64,000 nt of DNA from Chitinophagales bacterium (GCA_034440455.1 JAWXCB010000066.1:2807-66806); one strand, 5' to 3'; shown: positions 45,738 through 55,941, counted from the first letter of the stretch. Translations and numbers: made by a program. Notes: generated from the sequence alone by a model not told the origin.

Positions 45738-45771
45738 AATTCAAAGAAGCGTTACAACAGTGAATTAATAA

Positions 45772-48033
45772 ATGAGCAACCCCAAAAAGAAATCCTCTAA
45801 AGGCAGTTCAAATGACTTGTGGAAATATAACGCGTATTTCTGGCTTTTCTTTCTCGCGTGTGTCGGCTCGGTAGGTTTGTTTTTCTATTTGATTTCGATT
45901 GATGTGTTTGGCAAGCTGCCTACGTTTGAATCGCTTGAAAACCCCAAGAGCGAGCTTGCTTCTGAAATCATCTCCAGCGATGGCGAGGTGCTGGGGAAAT
46001 ATTTCAGCCAAAACAGAACCAACGCAAAATACAGCGAGTTGCCGCCCAATTTGGTAAACGCGCTGATTGCGACCGAAGATATCAGGTTTTATAATCACAG
46101 CGGAGTAGATGTGCGGGCTATTGCCAGAGCTGTCAGCGGGTTAGGCAGTAAGGGTGGCGGCAGCACGTTATCGCAACAGTTGGCAAAAAATCTTTTCCCC
46201 CGTGAGAACCTCAACAAGATAAAATTGATCATTCGGAAGTTAAAGGAATGGATTATCGCGGTGCGACTGGAGAAGTGCTACACGAAAGATGAAATCCTCA
46301 CGATGTATCTCAACACGGTGGAGTTCAGCAGCAATTCTTACGGTATCAAATCAGCGGCAAAAACCTATTTCAATAAGCAGGTGGATTCATTGAATGTAGA
46401 AGAAGGAGCAATATTAGTAGGGATGCTGCAGGCTCCATCTAAATATAACCCCAAACGAAATCCCGAACGCGCATTCAATCGCAGGAATACCGTGCTCGCG
46501 CAAATGAAGAAATATGAATACCTCAAGCCCGAAGAATTCGACAGCCTCAAATCGCTTCCCATCACGCTCAATTATCAAGCGCCTTCACACACCGAAGGGC
46601 TTGCGCCTTACTTCCGCGAGCGCCTGCGCCTTGAAGTGCAGCAGTGGCTCAATGAGTATGGAAAGCTGGATACTTCCCGTAAGTATAATCTCTACACCGA
46701 TGGATTAAAAATTTACACCACCATTGATTCACGCCTGCAGAGCCTTGCGGAGAAAGCAGTGACGCAGCACATGAAAATGCTGCAAACAGAATTCGCCAAG
46801 CAATGGGAAAAAGATGACCCGTGGAAAGACCAGAAAGAAGAATTTCAAAAAGCCATTAAAAACTCAGAGCGCTATCGCGCCATGAAAGAGCAGGGCGCAT
46901 CGCATGATTCCATCATGGCGAGTTTCAAAACAAAAATTCCCATGAGCATCTTCACATGGGAAGGCGAGCGCGACACCGTTATCACCCCGCTTGATTCGCT
47001 GCGCCATCACCGCATGTTTTTGCAGGCAGGCTTCCTTGCTGTTGACCCGCTCAACGGGCAGGTGCGCGCATGGGTGGGCGGCATCAACTATAAATATTTT
47101 CAGTATGACCACGTCACCACGCATCGCCAAATCGGCTCCACGTTCAAGCCTTTCATTTATACCGCAGCGATTGATAACGGCTGGTCGCCCTGTTTCAAGA
47201 TTCTTGATGTAGCCTACACGTTTGAAGATTTTAATAACTGGACTCCGCAAAATGCCGAGCGCGAAGGATTTACCAACGAGCGCTACACGCTCATGGATTG
47301 CCTTGCCGATTCGCGCAACTCCTGCTCAGCCTACCTGATGAAGCAAATCGGTCCGCAGCCTATTATTGACCTTGTGCGTAAGCTCGGCATCGAAAGCCAC
47401 ATTGATCCTTATCCTTCTATTTGCCTCGGCACGCCCGACCTCACGCTGCAAGAGATGGTGGGCGCATACACCGCATTTGCAAACAAGGGCGTTTTCTCAA
47501 AGCCCACTTACATCACGCGCATTGAAGATAAAAACGGCAACGTCATCCAGGAGTTTCCCACCGAATCCATCGAGGCGATGAGCGAGCAAACCGCCTTCAT
47601 CATGGTGGAGATGTTGCGCTATGTGGTGAGGCACGGCACGGGCGTGCGCCTGTGGATTCCCAAATATGAATATCAACTGCAAGCCGACATGGGCGGCAAA
47701 ACCGGCACCACGCAAAACCATAGCGATGGCTGGTTTATGGGCATCACCCCGCAGCTTATCGCTGGCGTGTGGGTGGGAGGTGAAGACCGCTTCATGCGCT
47801 TCGAGAGCATGAAATACGGGCAGGGCGCAAGTTCTGCGCTGCCCATCTGGGCGCTGTTTTTCAAGAGCCTCTATGCAGATTCTACATTAGGATACAGTCA
47901 GGAGGTGTTATTTGAACGCCCGCAGGAACGCCTCACCATCGAGCTTGACTGCTCCAAGTATGGCAAGTTCGGCACCAAAGAAGACCCCTTCAAATCCCCG
48001 AAGGGTTATGGGGAAGCTGAGTTTGAGAAATAG
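45772..48033 (+). CDS. mrcA: penicillin-binding protein 1A (bifunctional transglycosylase/transpeptidase)
   Basis: GT51 motifs EDIRFYNHSGVD, GGSTLSQQ and RKLKEW. Transpeptidase motifs STFKP, SRNS and KTGTT. Confidence 0.9.
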   Translation: MSNPKKKSSKGSSNDLWKYNAYFWLFFLACVGSVGLFFYLISIDVFGKLPTFESLENPKSELASEIISSDGEVLGKYFSQNRTNAKYSELPPNLVNALIATEDIRFYNHSGVDVRAIARAVSGLGSKGGGSTLSQQLAKNLFPRENLNKIKLIIRKLKEWIIAVRLEKCYTKDEILTMYLNTVEFSSNSYGIKSAAKTYFNKQVDSLNVEEGAILVGMLQAPSKYNPKRNPERAFNRRNTVLAQMKKYEYLKPEEFDSLKSLPITLNYQAPSHTEGLAPYFRERLRLEVQQWLNEYGKLDTSRKYNLYTDGLKIYTTIDSRLQSLAEKAVTQHMKMLQTEFAKQWEKDDPWKDQKEEFQKAIKNSERYRAMKEQGASHDSIMASFKTKIPMSIFTWEGERDTVITPLDSLRHHRMFLQAGFLAVDPLNGQVRAWVGGINYKYFQYDHVTTHRQIGSTFKPFIYTAAIDNGWSPCFKILDVAYTFEDFNNWTPQNAEREGFTNERYTLMDCLADSRNSCSAYLMKQIGPQPIIDLVRKLGIESHIDPYPSICLGTPDLTLQEMVGAYTAFANKGVFSKPTYITRIEDKNGNVIQEFPTESIEAMSEQTAFIMVEMLRYVVRHGTGVRLWIPKYEYQLQADMGGKTGTTQNHSDGWFMGITPQLIAGVWVGGEDRFMRFESMKYGQGASSALPIWALFFKSLYADSTLGYSQEVLFERPQERLTIELDCSKYGKFGTKEDPFKSPKGYGEAEFEK

Positions 48034-48844
48034 ATGATTTAGAGAATTAGGAATTACGAATTATTTTTCATTCGCCTCCCTCCACACATATTTGGCGCGT
48101 ACTTATCTTCTTTCATTTGTGGCTCTGTTTGGCAGCGCTGACAGCGGAAAATCAACACTTTTTTTTTGCGAAAACAAAAAGCGCCTTCCGGTTTTAGCGG
48201 TGAGCGCTTTTGAAATTTGTGAGCGCATTACGCGCGAAGTTGAAAGACTTCTCACCATCCTTCGCGCCAAGTCTCCCTGCGGAAGAATTGATACAACCGA
48301 GGTGTTTAGATGTCTGTATCAGTAGTGCAACTATGATAGCGCAATTCAGGCTGCACTCACTGCCTGCGGGGAATCCTGCGCTAAAATGACGAGCGCTTCT
48401 TTCCCAAATCTTTCTACTTTTGTCAGAACCTCCTTCTTACCTGAATGCGCCCGACAAGAATCAACATCTTTCTTGCACTATTTTTTTCAGCGTCAGCGTT
48501 TGCGACAACGATCCCAACCGACTCAACAAACAATGGCAATGATTCCATTCAACATTCTATTTCCGGATTTGAATCTTATTTTGAAAAGGATGTAATCCAA
48601 CAATCTCTGCTTGAACGGCTTTCGTTCAGAAGTATTAACCGGCTTGTGTTGTTACAGCCGGGTTCATTTTATGTCGGCAATGACACCTATTCTTCCTTCG
48701 GGTTGCTGTATGGAGAAAATGCAAATGAAAGCAAGATGATGGCGTGTTCGATGTTATGAGGAGTACTTGGATGCTAATAACTTCTATGTATGGAGAAGCC
48801 GACTGTGAAGTAGCGCAGCTTTCTTATTTCGTATAGTATCACTG

Positions 48845-51800
48845 CTAAAAAAGTTTCTGTTGAGAGTTATCAGCAATCTCTTTTTCATTGAATTGCTTTC
48901 CGAATTTCATTTTCCAGTAGGTATCGAGAATTTTCTTTTGAAGTTTTGATTCACTGGAAATTTCACGCGCAAGTTTTTCAAGTTGCTTGGCAAATTTCAA
49001 AGTGTCTTTTGCTTCATAATTCCCTTCGATAAGCAGTTGTTTAAGTTGCTCAACATATACGCTGAACTCAACTTTATTTCGTTGAGCTTTTACTCCTTTC
49101 ATGCTTTGCGCTTTGAGCAGTCGCGCGTCAATGAGTTTATAGGTAGCGCGATAAAGCTCAAGTAAAGTTTCATCGCGTTCTTTTTTGTTTTTATATCCAA
49201 GAGCTTCAAGTATAACGCTGTCTAATTTTATCCTTTGGGGATTTACTGTTTTCAGCGAATCAAGCGCGCCCAGTTCTTCTTTGTAGTTTTTTGTTTCTCC
49301 AAGTTCAACTTCTAAATGGTCAATGTTAATGTCAGGAACAAGAAAAGCAGCTAACTCATAAGTTTCAATTTTTCCTGCGCCATCTCCTAAGTTGCTGCGC
49401 ATAATCAGTTGTTGGATGAGCCAACTGATCGTTGAGTTCATGTAAAGCCAAATTGAATTTGTGTGTTTACGGGGATAGATGTTGTGAAAATTGTTGTTGG
49501 TGAAAACTTTGCCCTTGAATGTTCTGCCAAAATCGTTAATCATGTAATTGAAGGACATTGCAGGCAAGTCATGTTCGCCTAAATCATACCATAGTTTTCT
49601 TGAACTGCAAGTTGGACGGTGATGAATGTTTTGGCGTTCCCCATGCTTTATGTATTTGAATAAAAGCGGAAAGTCATTACGTAATGATTTTTTTGCTTCA
49701 TGCGTCAGCACGAATTTATTTTGAACCGCCTTTTGGCTTATCAGGTAAGCGCTAACGTCTTTCGGGCTGGTAAGAATTGGTTGCAAGCATTCTTCTTCAA
49801 TCAGCCACAACTCGCTGTAGCCGTTAAGCATCAACTTCAGTTTTGCATCCTTCAACTGTTTTGTAGAAGTGAACGCGTCCGTATTATTCATTGCTGCTTG
49901 TAGCAGAGCGCTGTTAGCAGTAGCTGTTTTGTCTTCTAAAATAAAAAACTCATTGCATCCGGTCTTTATCCCAAATTTTACATCAGCTAATTGTTTGAGT
50001 GGAACAAATTTGTTCGCGCCTTTTTCAATGATGTCGAAATAAACTTTTGGAGCTTTCAGAAATTGCCCCCACTTGGTAAAATTGGAGAGCGTTTCTTGTT
50101 TAACGCAATTGATGCGAAAAAAATCATTAGTCGTGTTTTCAGTTACATTCTCTAAAAATTCCTGCAACTGCGTTACTCCTTTATGGTTTTTAATTGCGTT
50201 GGCAACGGGCGCTGTGAACCAAATAAACTTTACGGTGCTGTTGTTTCTAACTTCTTCAATTCGCTGCTTCCGCAAAATAACAATCGTAGTGTTGACGGAA
50301 GCGGAAGGGAAAAAGCGTTCTACTTCACTATCCATAATGGCTACAATTTCAAAATTGCGCATCAGGTAGCGTTGCATATCAATTCCGTAATCTGTATCCA
50401 GCCAAGAGTTTTGACAGATGTAAGCAAGATAGCCGCCATCTTTTAAGAATGCGCTTGCATGGTAAAAGAAGTAAGCAAAGATGGATGTGCGCTGCGATGG
50501 TTCAAAACCACACTCAGATTTAATCAGTGCTTGAATTTTTGTTTTGCCAACTGTGCCGTGCATTGTCCCGATGTCCTCTTGTCGGGTATAGGGCGGGTTC
50601 CCTATCACTGCATCGAACTTTGGCAATGTTTTATTTTCCTTTTCACCTTGTTGATTGTGCAGTTCAATTTTTGTGTGCTCAGAAATCGCAAAAAAATCTT
50701 TGTTTGAAATGCGTGGGTAACTTGGCTTGCGCGTGTTGCGTATTGCGAGGTTAAGCATACTGAGGTATGCCGGGTAATTTGAAAGGTCGTTGCCGTAAAT
50801 CTCATTTAGCAAAATATCGTGCTTTGCTCCTTTCTCCTCTTTTGCGCACAACATTTTTTTGCGCTCGTAGGCGCGAACTAAAAAAGTGCCTGAGCCGCAA
50901 GATGGGTCGAAAACTTTATCGTTGCTTTTGCGAATAGCAAAGGCATTGATTAAGTCAATTACGTGTGGCGGTGTAAAGTATTGTCCGAGTTTGTGCCGCT
51001 CATCTTCACGGATGAGTTCTTCAAAAATTCGTCCGATGATGTCAAAGGGAATGTTGCTGAAATTGTAATGACCGCCTGTGTCAAGAATTTCTTTAACTAA
51101 ATCAAGAACAGCATCGCTGACAAAAGGGATTTTGAAAATAATATCGGAGCGTTCACCGATTAGGAGCTCAAAGTTTCCCGTTACCTCTTTAAACTCGTCA
51201 AAGTATTTCCAAATGAGTTCTTCCAAGCTGTCGGGGGTATTGACAGATTCGGGAACTTGCATAGGATGAAGCGCGTGCCATGTCTGATTGTCAACATACG
51301 TTTTATAAAAAATGAGTTTTGAAATCAGCATCAGCACACCAATGTGCGTGAGGTTTTCTATTTCCTCAAAGGTGGTGGGCTTATTCCATAACTGACTTTG
51401 CGCGTATCTCGTAATATCTTTTTCAAACGATTTGTTATGCTTGTATTTGTCCCAAACCTTGTTGCTGATTGGATGCGAATAAACTTCAATCAGCTTTCGA
51501 GTCTTGAAAATGAAAAGTTCATCAAGGTTGCTGAACTTAATCGGCTTACGCTCTAAAATTTCAATAGCGCGGTCAAGATAAAATTCCGCAATGCTGTGGA
51601 GTTTTGCGAGAACTTCTTTATTTGGCGCGTAGCTCTGGCTTAGTCGCGCAATGTCAGTAAGGGTAAAAAAACCTTCATTGACGCTCACTTTTTCATAGAG
51701 CTTGTCTTTGTCGAAAAATGCGCAAGCAAGAAAATTGCAGTTGCCAAAATATTTTATGTCAATGCGCTGCGCTCTTTCTACTTCCCGCATTAGAACGCTG

Positions 51801-52009
51801 CTGTCAAAAACACTTTTGCCGTCTTTTGCTGTCGGGTCTTTCAACTCGATAAAGAAAAGCGGAGTGCCGTTTTTATTTTTGAGCGTGATATCTGCGCGAT
51901 TCTCTTCTAAAGCAGGGTAAGGCAAAATCCGACCTTCCAATCCTCTTGCCTTAATGAGTTCTGTGAAGATTGTATTGAGCGTTCCCTGTAATTGGCGTTC
52001 TATCTGCAT
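48845..52009 (-). CDS. Type IIG restriction-modification enzyme (fused PD-ExK nuclease, N6-adenine methyltransferase and TaqI_C-like specificity domain)
   Basis: 1054 aa. N-terminal ADITL...FFIELKDP (D...ExK), FDPSCGSGTFLV (SAM motif I), VIGNPPYTRQED (motif IV NPPY), LADVKFGIKTGCNEFF (TaqI_C-type TRD). Confidence 0.8.
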   Translation of the reverse strand: MQIERQLQGTLNTIFTELIKARGLEGRILPYPALEENRADITLKNKNGTPLFFIELKDPTAKDGKSVFDSSVLMREVERAQRIDIKYFGNCNFLACAFFDKDKLYEKVSVNEGFFTLTDIARLSQSYAPNKEVLAKLHSIAEFYLDRAIEILERKPIKFSNLDELFIFKTRKLIEVYSHPISNKVWDKYKHNKSFEKDITRYAQSQLWNKPTTFEEIENLTHIGVLMLISKLIFYKTYVDNQTWHALHPMQVPESVNTPDSLEELIWKYFDEFKEVTGNFELLIGERSDIIFKIPFVSDAVLDLVKEILDTGGHYNFSNIPFDIIGRIFEELIREDERHKLGQYFTPPHVIDLINAFAIRKSNDKVFDPSCGSGTFLVRAYERKKMLCAKEEKGAKHDILLNEIYGNDLSNYPAYLSMLNLAIRNTRKPSYPRISNKDFFAISEHTKIELHNQQGEKENKTLPKFDAVIGNPPYTRQEDIGTMHGTVGKTKIQALIKSECGFEPSQRTSIFAYFFYHASAFLKDGGYLAYICQNSWLDTDYGIDMQRYLMRNFEIVAIMDSEVERFFPSASVNTTIVILRKQRIEEVRNNSTVKFIWFTAPVANAIKNHKGVTQLQEFLENVTENTTNDFFRINCVKQETLSNFTKWGQFLKAPKVYFDIIEKGANKFVPLKQLADVKFGIKTGCNEFFILEDKTATANSALLQAAMNNTDAFTSTKQLKDAKLKLMLNGYSELWLIEEECLQPILTSPKDVSAYLISQKAVQNKFVLTHEAKKSLRNDFPLLFKYIKHGERQNIHHRPTCSSRKLWYDLGEHDLPAMSFNYMINDFGRTFKGKVFTNNNFHNIYPRKHTNSIWLYMNSTISWLIQQLIMRSNLGDGAGKIETYELAAFLVPDINIDHLEVELGETKNYKEELGALDSLKTVNPQRIKLDSVILEALGYKNKKERDETLLELYRATYKLIDARLLKAQSMKGVKAQRNKVEFSVYVEQLKQLLIEGNYEAKDTLKFAKQLEKLAREISSESKLQKKILDTYWKMKFGKQFNEKEIADNSQQKLF

Positions 52010-52126
52010 GTGAAATCTTCAACTCAAAAGTAGGTTTTTATACCATCCTGAATAGCTTCAGTTATCCTTTCTATGAAACAGTAGCAGGTTGCCTAACATA
52101 CAAAATGCGTATTCGTAATTTTCACA

Positions 52127-54562
52127 TCACGGGTCAACATCCACGTCCACTCGCACTGATTTGTATTCTACTTTCAACTTCAGCTTTTCAATGCTTTGCA
52201 CGAGTGCATGTTTATTCGCATTGAGTGCTGCCGTCTTTGGAATTTTCAAAAGGATGTCCTGTAAGTAAAGATTCTTCATCATACTGATGGGCGGAGTAAC
52301 CGGTCCAAGAATTGTTCCCTGAAAATTTTCAGCGAGCAGCCGCGCGAAATCCCGTGCGGCATTCTGCACAGTTTTCCGCTCTTTGTGTTTCAGCACAAGA
52401 TGAATCAGCCGCGTGTAAGGCGGATAGTCAAACTCTTTCCTGAAATTCATTTCGCGGTAAAAGAAATTCTCAAAATCATTTTTCAGGATAAAATCCAACA
52501 CAGGATGTTCGGCATCAAAGGTCTGAATAAGCACTTTGCTCGCATGTCCCTTTCTGCCTGCGCGTCCGCTCACCTGTTGTATCAATTGAAAGCCGCGCTC
52601 ATTCGCTCGAAAGTCGGGGAAGCCAAGCAGTTGGTCAGCGCTCAGGATGCCGACTAAACTTACCGTGTCGAAATCCAATCCCTTTGTCACCATCTGTGTG
52701 CCCACGAGAATATCAAACTTCCTGTTTTCAAAATCAGCGATGATTTGCTCGTAAGCCTCGCGTGAACGCGCAGCATCCAAATCGAGGCGCATCACGCCCG
52801 CATCCGGAAAAAAGATTTTGATTTCTTCTTCAATCTTTTCCGTGCCGAAGCCGCGAATGCGAATGTCGGTTGATTCGCACTCCACGCATTTATTCACTAC
52901 TTCCGTTGCGTAACCGCAATAGTGGCAGCGCAATGTGTTGAGATGTTTGTGATAAGAAAGGCTCACATCACAGTTCACGCATTTCGGAATCCAGCCGCAA
53001 TGATAACAACTCAGGTATGGGGCAAACCCGCGCCTGTTTTGAAACAGAATCACCTGCTCTTTTTTTACAAGCGTTGCTTTGATTTCTTCGAGCAGCACAG
53101 AAGAAAAGTCAGATTGCATTTTATGCTTCTTCGTTTCCTCGCGCAGGTTCACGATTTCCATGCGCGGCAGTTGCACACCTCCAAAGCGCTCGGTGAGTTT
53201 CACGAAACCATACTTGCCATGCCGCGCATTTTCATAACTCTCCAACGAAGGAGTTCCTGTGCCGAGCAAAACTTTCGCGCCTGTATCATGCGCGAGATAA
53301 ATCGCAGCATCACGCGCCTGGTAGCGTGGCGCAGGGTCGAATTGCTTGTAAGAGGGATCATGCTCTTCATCAACGATTACCAAACCAAGCTCGGAGAAAG
53401 GCAGGAACAACGCGGAGCGCGCGCCAATCACGGCTTTATATTCTTTGCGCAACAGTTTATTCCAAATTTCCACGCGCTCGTTTGCCGTGAACTTAGAGTG
53501 ATAAATGCCAATCGTTTCTCCAAACACTTCGCGCAGCCGCCTGACAAGTTGCGTGGTCAGCGCAATTTCAGGAAGCAGGTAGAGCGCTTGTTTCCCATTG
53601 GCGAGCGCCTCTTTTATCAACTCCATGTAGAGTTGCGTTTTCCCCGATGATGTCACGCCATGCAGGAGAACAACATCCTTTTTCTCAAACCATGTTTTTA
53701 TTTCGTGTAAAGATTTCTGCTGCACTTCGCTTAAAATGTATTCCTTCTTTTCAGAAACCACAACATCCCACGTAAGCCTGTCTACTTCTTTTTTCTGCTC
53801 ATGCAGAATACCTTTTTGTATCAACTGTTTAAGAGCGGCAGATGAAATACCTGATGTTTCAATGAGTTTCGACTTTTTGATTTCTGCTGCGCCCGCCTGG
53901 AGAAAAGCCATCAACGCTTCTTGCTGCCGTTTGGCTTTGTTTAATTCATCTAATGTTTTATTCAGTAGTTCTTCATCGCTGTATTCTGCGGCAAGCTCGA
54001 TATAGTTCTCTGTTTTCGGCTTGTATTTCTCCACGAGTTTTTCAAACGCATACACCGCATTTTTTTCAATCAGTGATTTAATCAGCGCGTGAACTGTTTT
54101 CCTCCGCGTCAGTTTTTCAAGCTGTTGAACGCTCAGCGACTTTTTAATGCGCAATGCTTCCATCACTAAAAACTGCGCATTGTCCAGCTTCGATTCGTCT
54201 TCATCCCATTCGGGATGCAGCGCGATATTGGTTTCGCTGTCGAGCTTCAAGCCTTGCGGCATGGCGGCATTCATCACTTCGCCCAGCGTACACAGGTAGT
54301 AGGATGCAATCCATTTCCAGAACTCAATGTTATGCGGATGCACCACCGGCTCGTCATCAAGCACTTCAAGAATTGGTTTTGCTTTGTGCAGTTCCGGTTG
54401 GTTGTTGTGCAGCCTGCCGACCAACGCGGTATAAATCTTTCGTGCGCCAAACTGCACCACCACGCGCTTGCCGATAGCAATGTGTTCGCTGAATTCCTGC
54501 GGAACCAAGTAAGTGAACATTCCCGGAACGGGAAGCGGAAGAATAACGTCAGCGAAGAGCAT
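52127..54562 (-). CDS. priA: primosomal protein N' (replication restart helicase PriA)
   Basis: 811 aa. Walker A GVTSSGKT, VDEEH box, and the Cys-rich zinc region CYHCG..CVNCD...CHYCG. Confidence 0.92.
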   Translation of the reverse strand: MLFADVILPLPVPGMFTYLVPQEFSEHIAIGKRVVVQFGARKIYTALVGRLHNNQPELHKAKPILEVLDDEPVVHPHNIEFWKWIASYYLCTLGEVMNAAMPQGLKLDSETNIALHPEWDEDESKLDNAQFLVMEALRIKKSLSVQQLEKLTRRKTVHALIKSLIEKNAVYAFEKLVEKYKPKTENYIELAAEYSDEELLNKTLDELNKAKRQQEALMAFLQAGAAEIKKSKLIETSGISSAALKQLIQKGILHEQKKEVDRLTWDVVVSEKKEYILSEVQQKSLHEIKTWFEKKDVVLLHGVTSSGKTQLYMELIKEALANGKQALYLLPEIALTTQLVRRLREVFGETIGIYHSKFTANERVEIWNKLLRKEYKAVIGARSALFLPFSELGLVIVDEEHDPSYKQFDPAPRYQARDAAIYLAHDTGAKVLLGTGTPSLESYENARHGKYGFVKLTERFGGVQLPRMEIVNLREETKKHKMQSDFSSVLLEEIKATLVKKEQVILFQNRRGFAPYLSCYHCGWIPKCVNCDVSLSYHKHLNTLRCHYCGYATEVVNKCVECESTDIRIRGFGTEKIEEEIKIFFPDAGVMRLDLDAARSREAYEQIIADFENRKFDILVGTQMVTKGLDFDTVSLVGILSADQLLGFPDFRANERGFQLIQQVSGRAGRKGHASKVLIQTFDAEHPVLDFILKNDFENFFYREMNFRKEFDYPPYTRLIHLVLKHKERKTVQNAARDFARLLAENFQGTILGPVTPPISMMKNLYLQDILLKIPKTAALNANKHALVQSIEKLKLKVEYKSVRVDVDVDP

Positions 54563-54572
54563 TGTTCAAATT

Positions 54573-54605
54573 TCACGTAAAGGAGCGAAGGCGCAAAGCG
54601 GAAGT
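54573..54605. repeat. GCAAAG-word repeat
   Basis: TCACGTAAAGGAGCGAAGGCGCAAAGCGGAAGT. A related inverted copy lies at 55907-55934. Confidence 0.4.
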
Positions 54606-54676
54606 GTCCTGCCGGACTTGTTCCGGCATCCGCAAATTATTCTGATGAGGGGATGGCGGAACGAGTCCGCCATGAC
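54606..54676. repeat. dual-hairpin element
   Basis: GTCCTGCCGGACTTGTTCCGGCATCCGC, a 15-nt spacer, then GGGGATGGCGGAACGAGTCCGCCATGAC. Confidence 0.75.
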
Positions 54677-54682
54677 AACGAA

Positions 54683-55598
54683 TCACTTAAACAAAAAATC
54701 AAGCGCGCCTTCGGGCTTGTAAATGCCACCCTCCGAATAGTTTCCCAACACGGGATTTTTCGGATAGAGCGGGTCTTGGTTCAGCAGCTTTTTCATGGAG
54801 GCATACACTTCGGGAAGTTCAGTATTAAATTGTTGCGGCAGTTCAAAAAAACATTCCGCGCATACGGCAAGAAACTCATCGCGGTTTTGCACGAGTCGGT
54901 TTTTTAGAAATTCAATCTTTTTGCTTTTGAGTTTCAGCATCTCCACAGTAGCAAGTTTTTCGATGATTTCATTGTTGTCATAAAAAGTGAAATCAACATG
55001 GTGTTGCAGCGCATATACTTTCAGCGTGCATGAGTTCGTGCAAGCCGAGGTTCACGCCATCATCAGGAAAGAGATAACCCTTTTCAAAGTTGTTCCACGA
55101 AAGATGAATGCTGCCATATTCGGAAACATGCCCTCTGAATTTTACTTTGTAATGCTTGTAGAGATAGGATTCGGGATACACATAAATCTGATGAAATTCT
55201 TTCAGCCGGAAATAGCTCAACCCGAACGTGAGTTGAATTGCAGAGGCGCTGATGAGAATCTTCATGCGCTCCGTAAGAATTAACCCGTTTTTAGGAATAA
55301 ATTTTTTGCTTTGCATGAACATTAGCAGGCGCAACTCAAACCTGCGCCTGTTCGCATTATCCAATTTGTTGTAATAAGGAAAATACTGCACCAGTGTGCG
55401 GATAATTTCAGGAGGATGGTGATAGGAGAAAAAATTATAGCGCCAGTAAACCAGTTTATCTCTCACCGGAGAGATGATGAAGTAAGCGATACCGATGAAG
55501 GGAAGGGAAAGGAAAGTATTCCCATGAATATCAGCAGAAAGACAAACCCGAATAGGAGACCGAGGATTTCTTCCAAAGTAGTGCAGTGTTTTCCTCAA
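54683..55598 (-). pseudogene. M90 (MtfA-like) zinc peptidase split by a frameshift
   Basis: ORF 54993-55598 carries the family N-terminal pattern up to NLGLHELMHA (HExxH). ORF 54683-54946 and its upstream extension carry YALQHHVDF...DEFLAVCAECFFELPQQF...LYPK, the family C-terminus. The frames meet at GCTGAAAGTATATGCG, around 54995-55010. Confidence 0.6.
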
Positions 55599-55649
55599 GA
55601 TAAAAATATCTCAGGAAAAAATCAGCAAACTATTTTGTTGCAGTTAGAA

Positions 55650-55847
55650 TTAAGCGGTCAGGATTTTTTCTGCCATCTCAAGCACACTCACAGCCTGTTT
55701 ATGCTTCACGCTGGAAAATTCATCCAGAAATTTTTCAAGCGGATGTCCTGCTTCCAAATAATCAAAAAGGTTCTTCACGGGTACGCGGATGCCGGTAAAC
55801 ACAGGTGTTCCACTTAACACATCTTTTTTTACGGAGATAATATTCAT
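55650..55847 (-). CDS. DUF433-family protein (orphan, antitoxin-like)
   Basis: KDVLSGTPVFTGIRVPVKNLFDYLEAGHPLEKFLDEF matches the DUF433 core. Confidence 0.7.
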   Translation of the reverse strand: MNIISVKKDVLSGTPVFTGIRVPVKNLFDYLEAGHPLEKFLDEFSSVKHKQAVSVLEMAEKILTA

Positions 55848-55906
55848 GATTTCAAATTTTAAACTTCTTCACCGCTCATTGGCTATCCCCGCCAGCCGCA
55901 ACCATT

Positions 55907-55934
55907 CCTTAGCGTCTTTGCGCCTTTGCGTGAA
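55907..55934. repeat. GCAAAG-word repeat (inverted copy)
   Basis: The minus strand reads TTTCACGCAAAGGCGCAAAGACGCTAAGG. Confidence 0.4.
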
Positions 55935-55941
55935 ATCATTC

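Noticed and set aside
48092-48759. Three small ORFs (77, 69 and 104 aa) in the mrcA/R-M spacer
   Set aside because: They have no recognisable motifs, overlap each other, and two have non-coding-like composition. Only 48445-48759 has a plausible signal peptide; it is treated as a possible gene stump in the findings rather than as a feature.
52922-53650. 242-aa plus-strand ORF inside priA
   Set aside because: It is antisense to a well-supported priA frame and has an R/F-rich composition typical of shadow ORFs.
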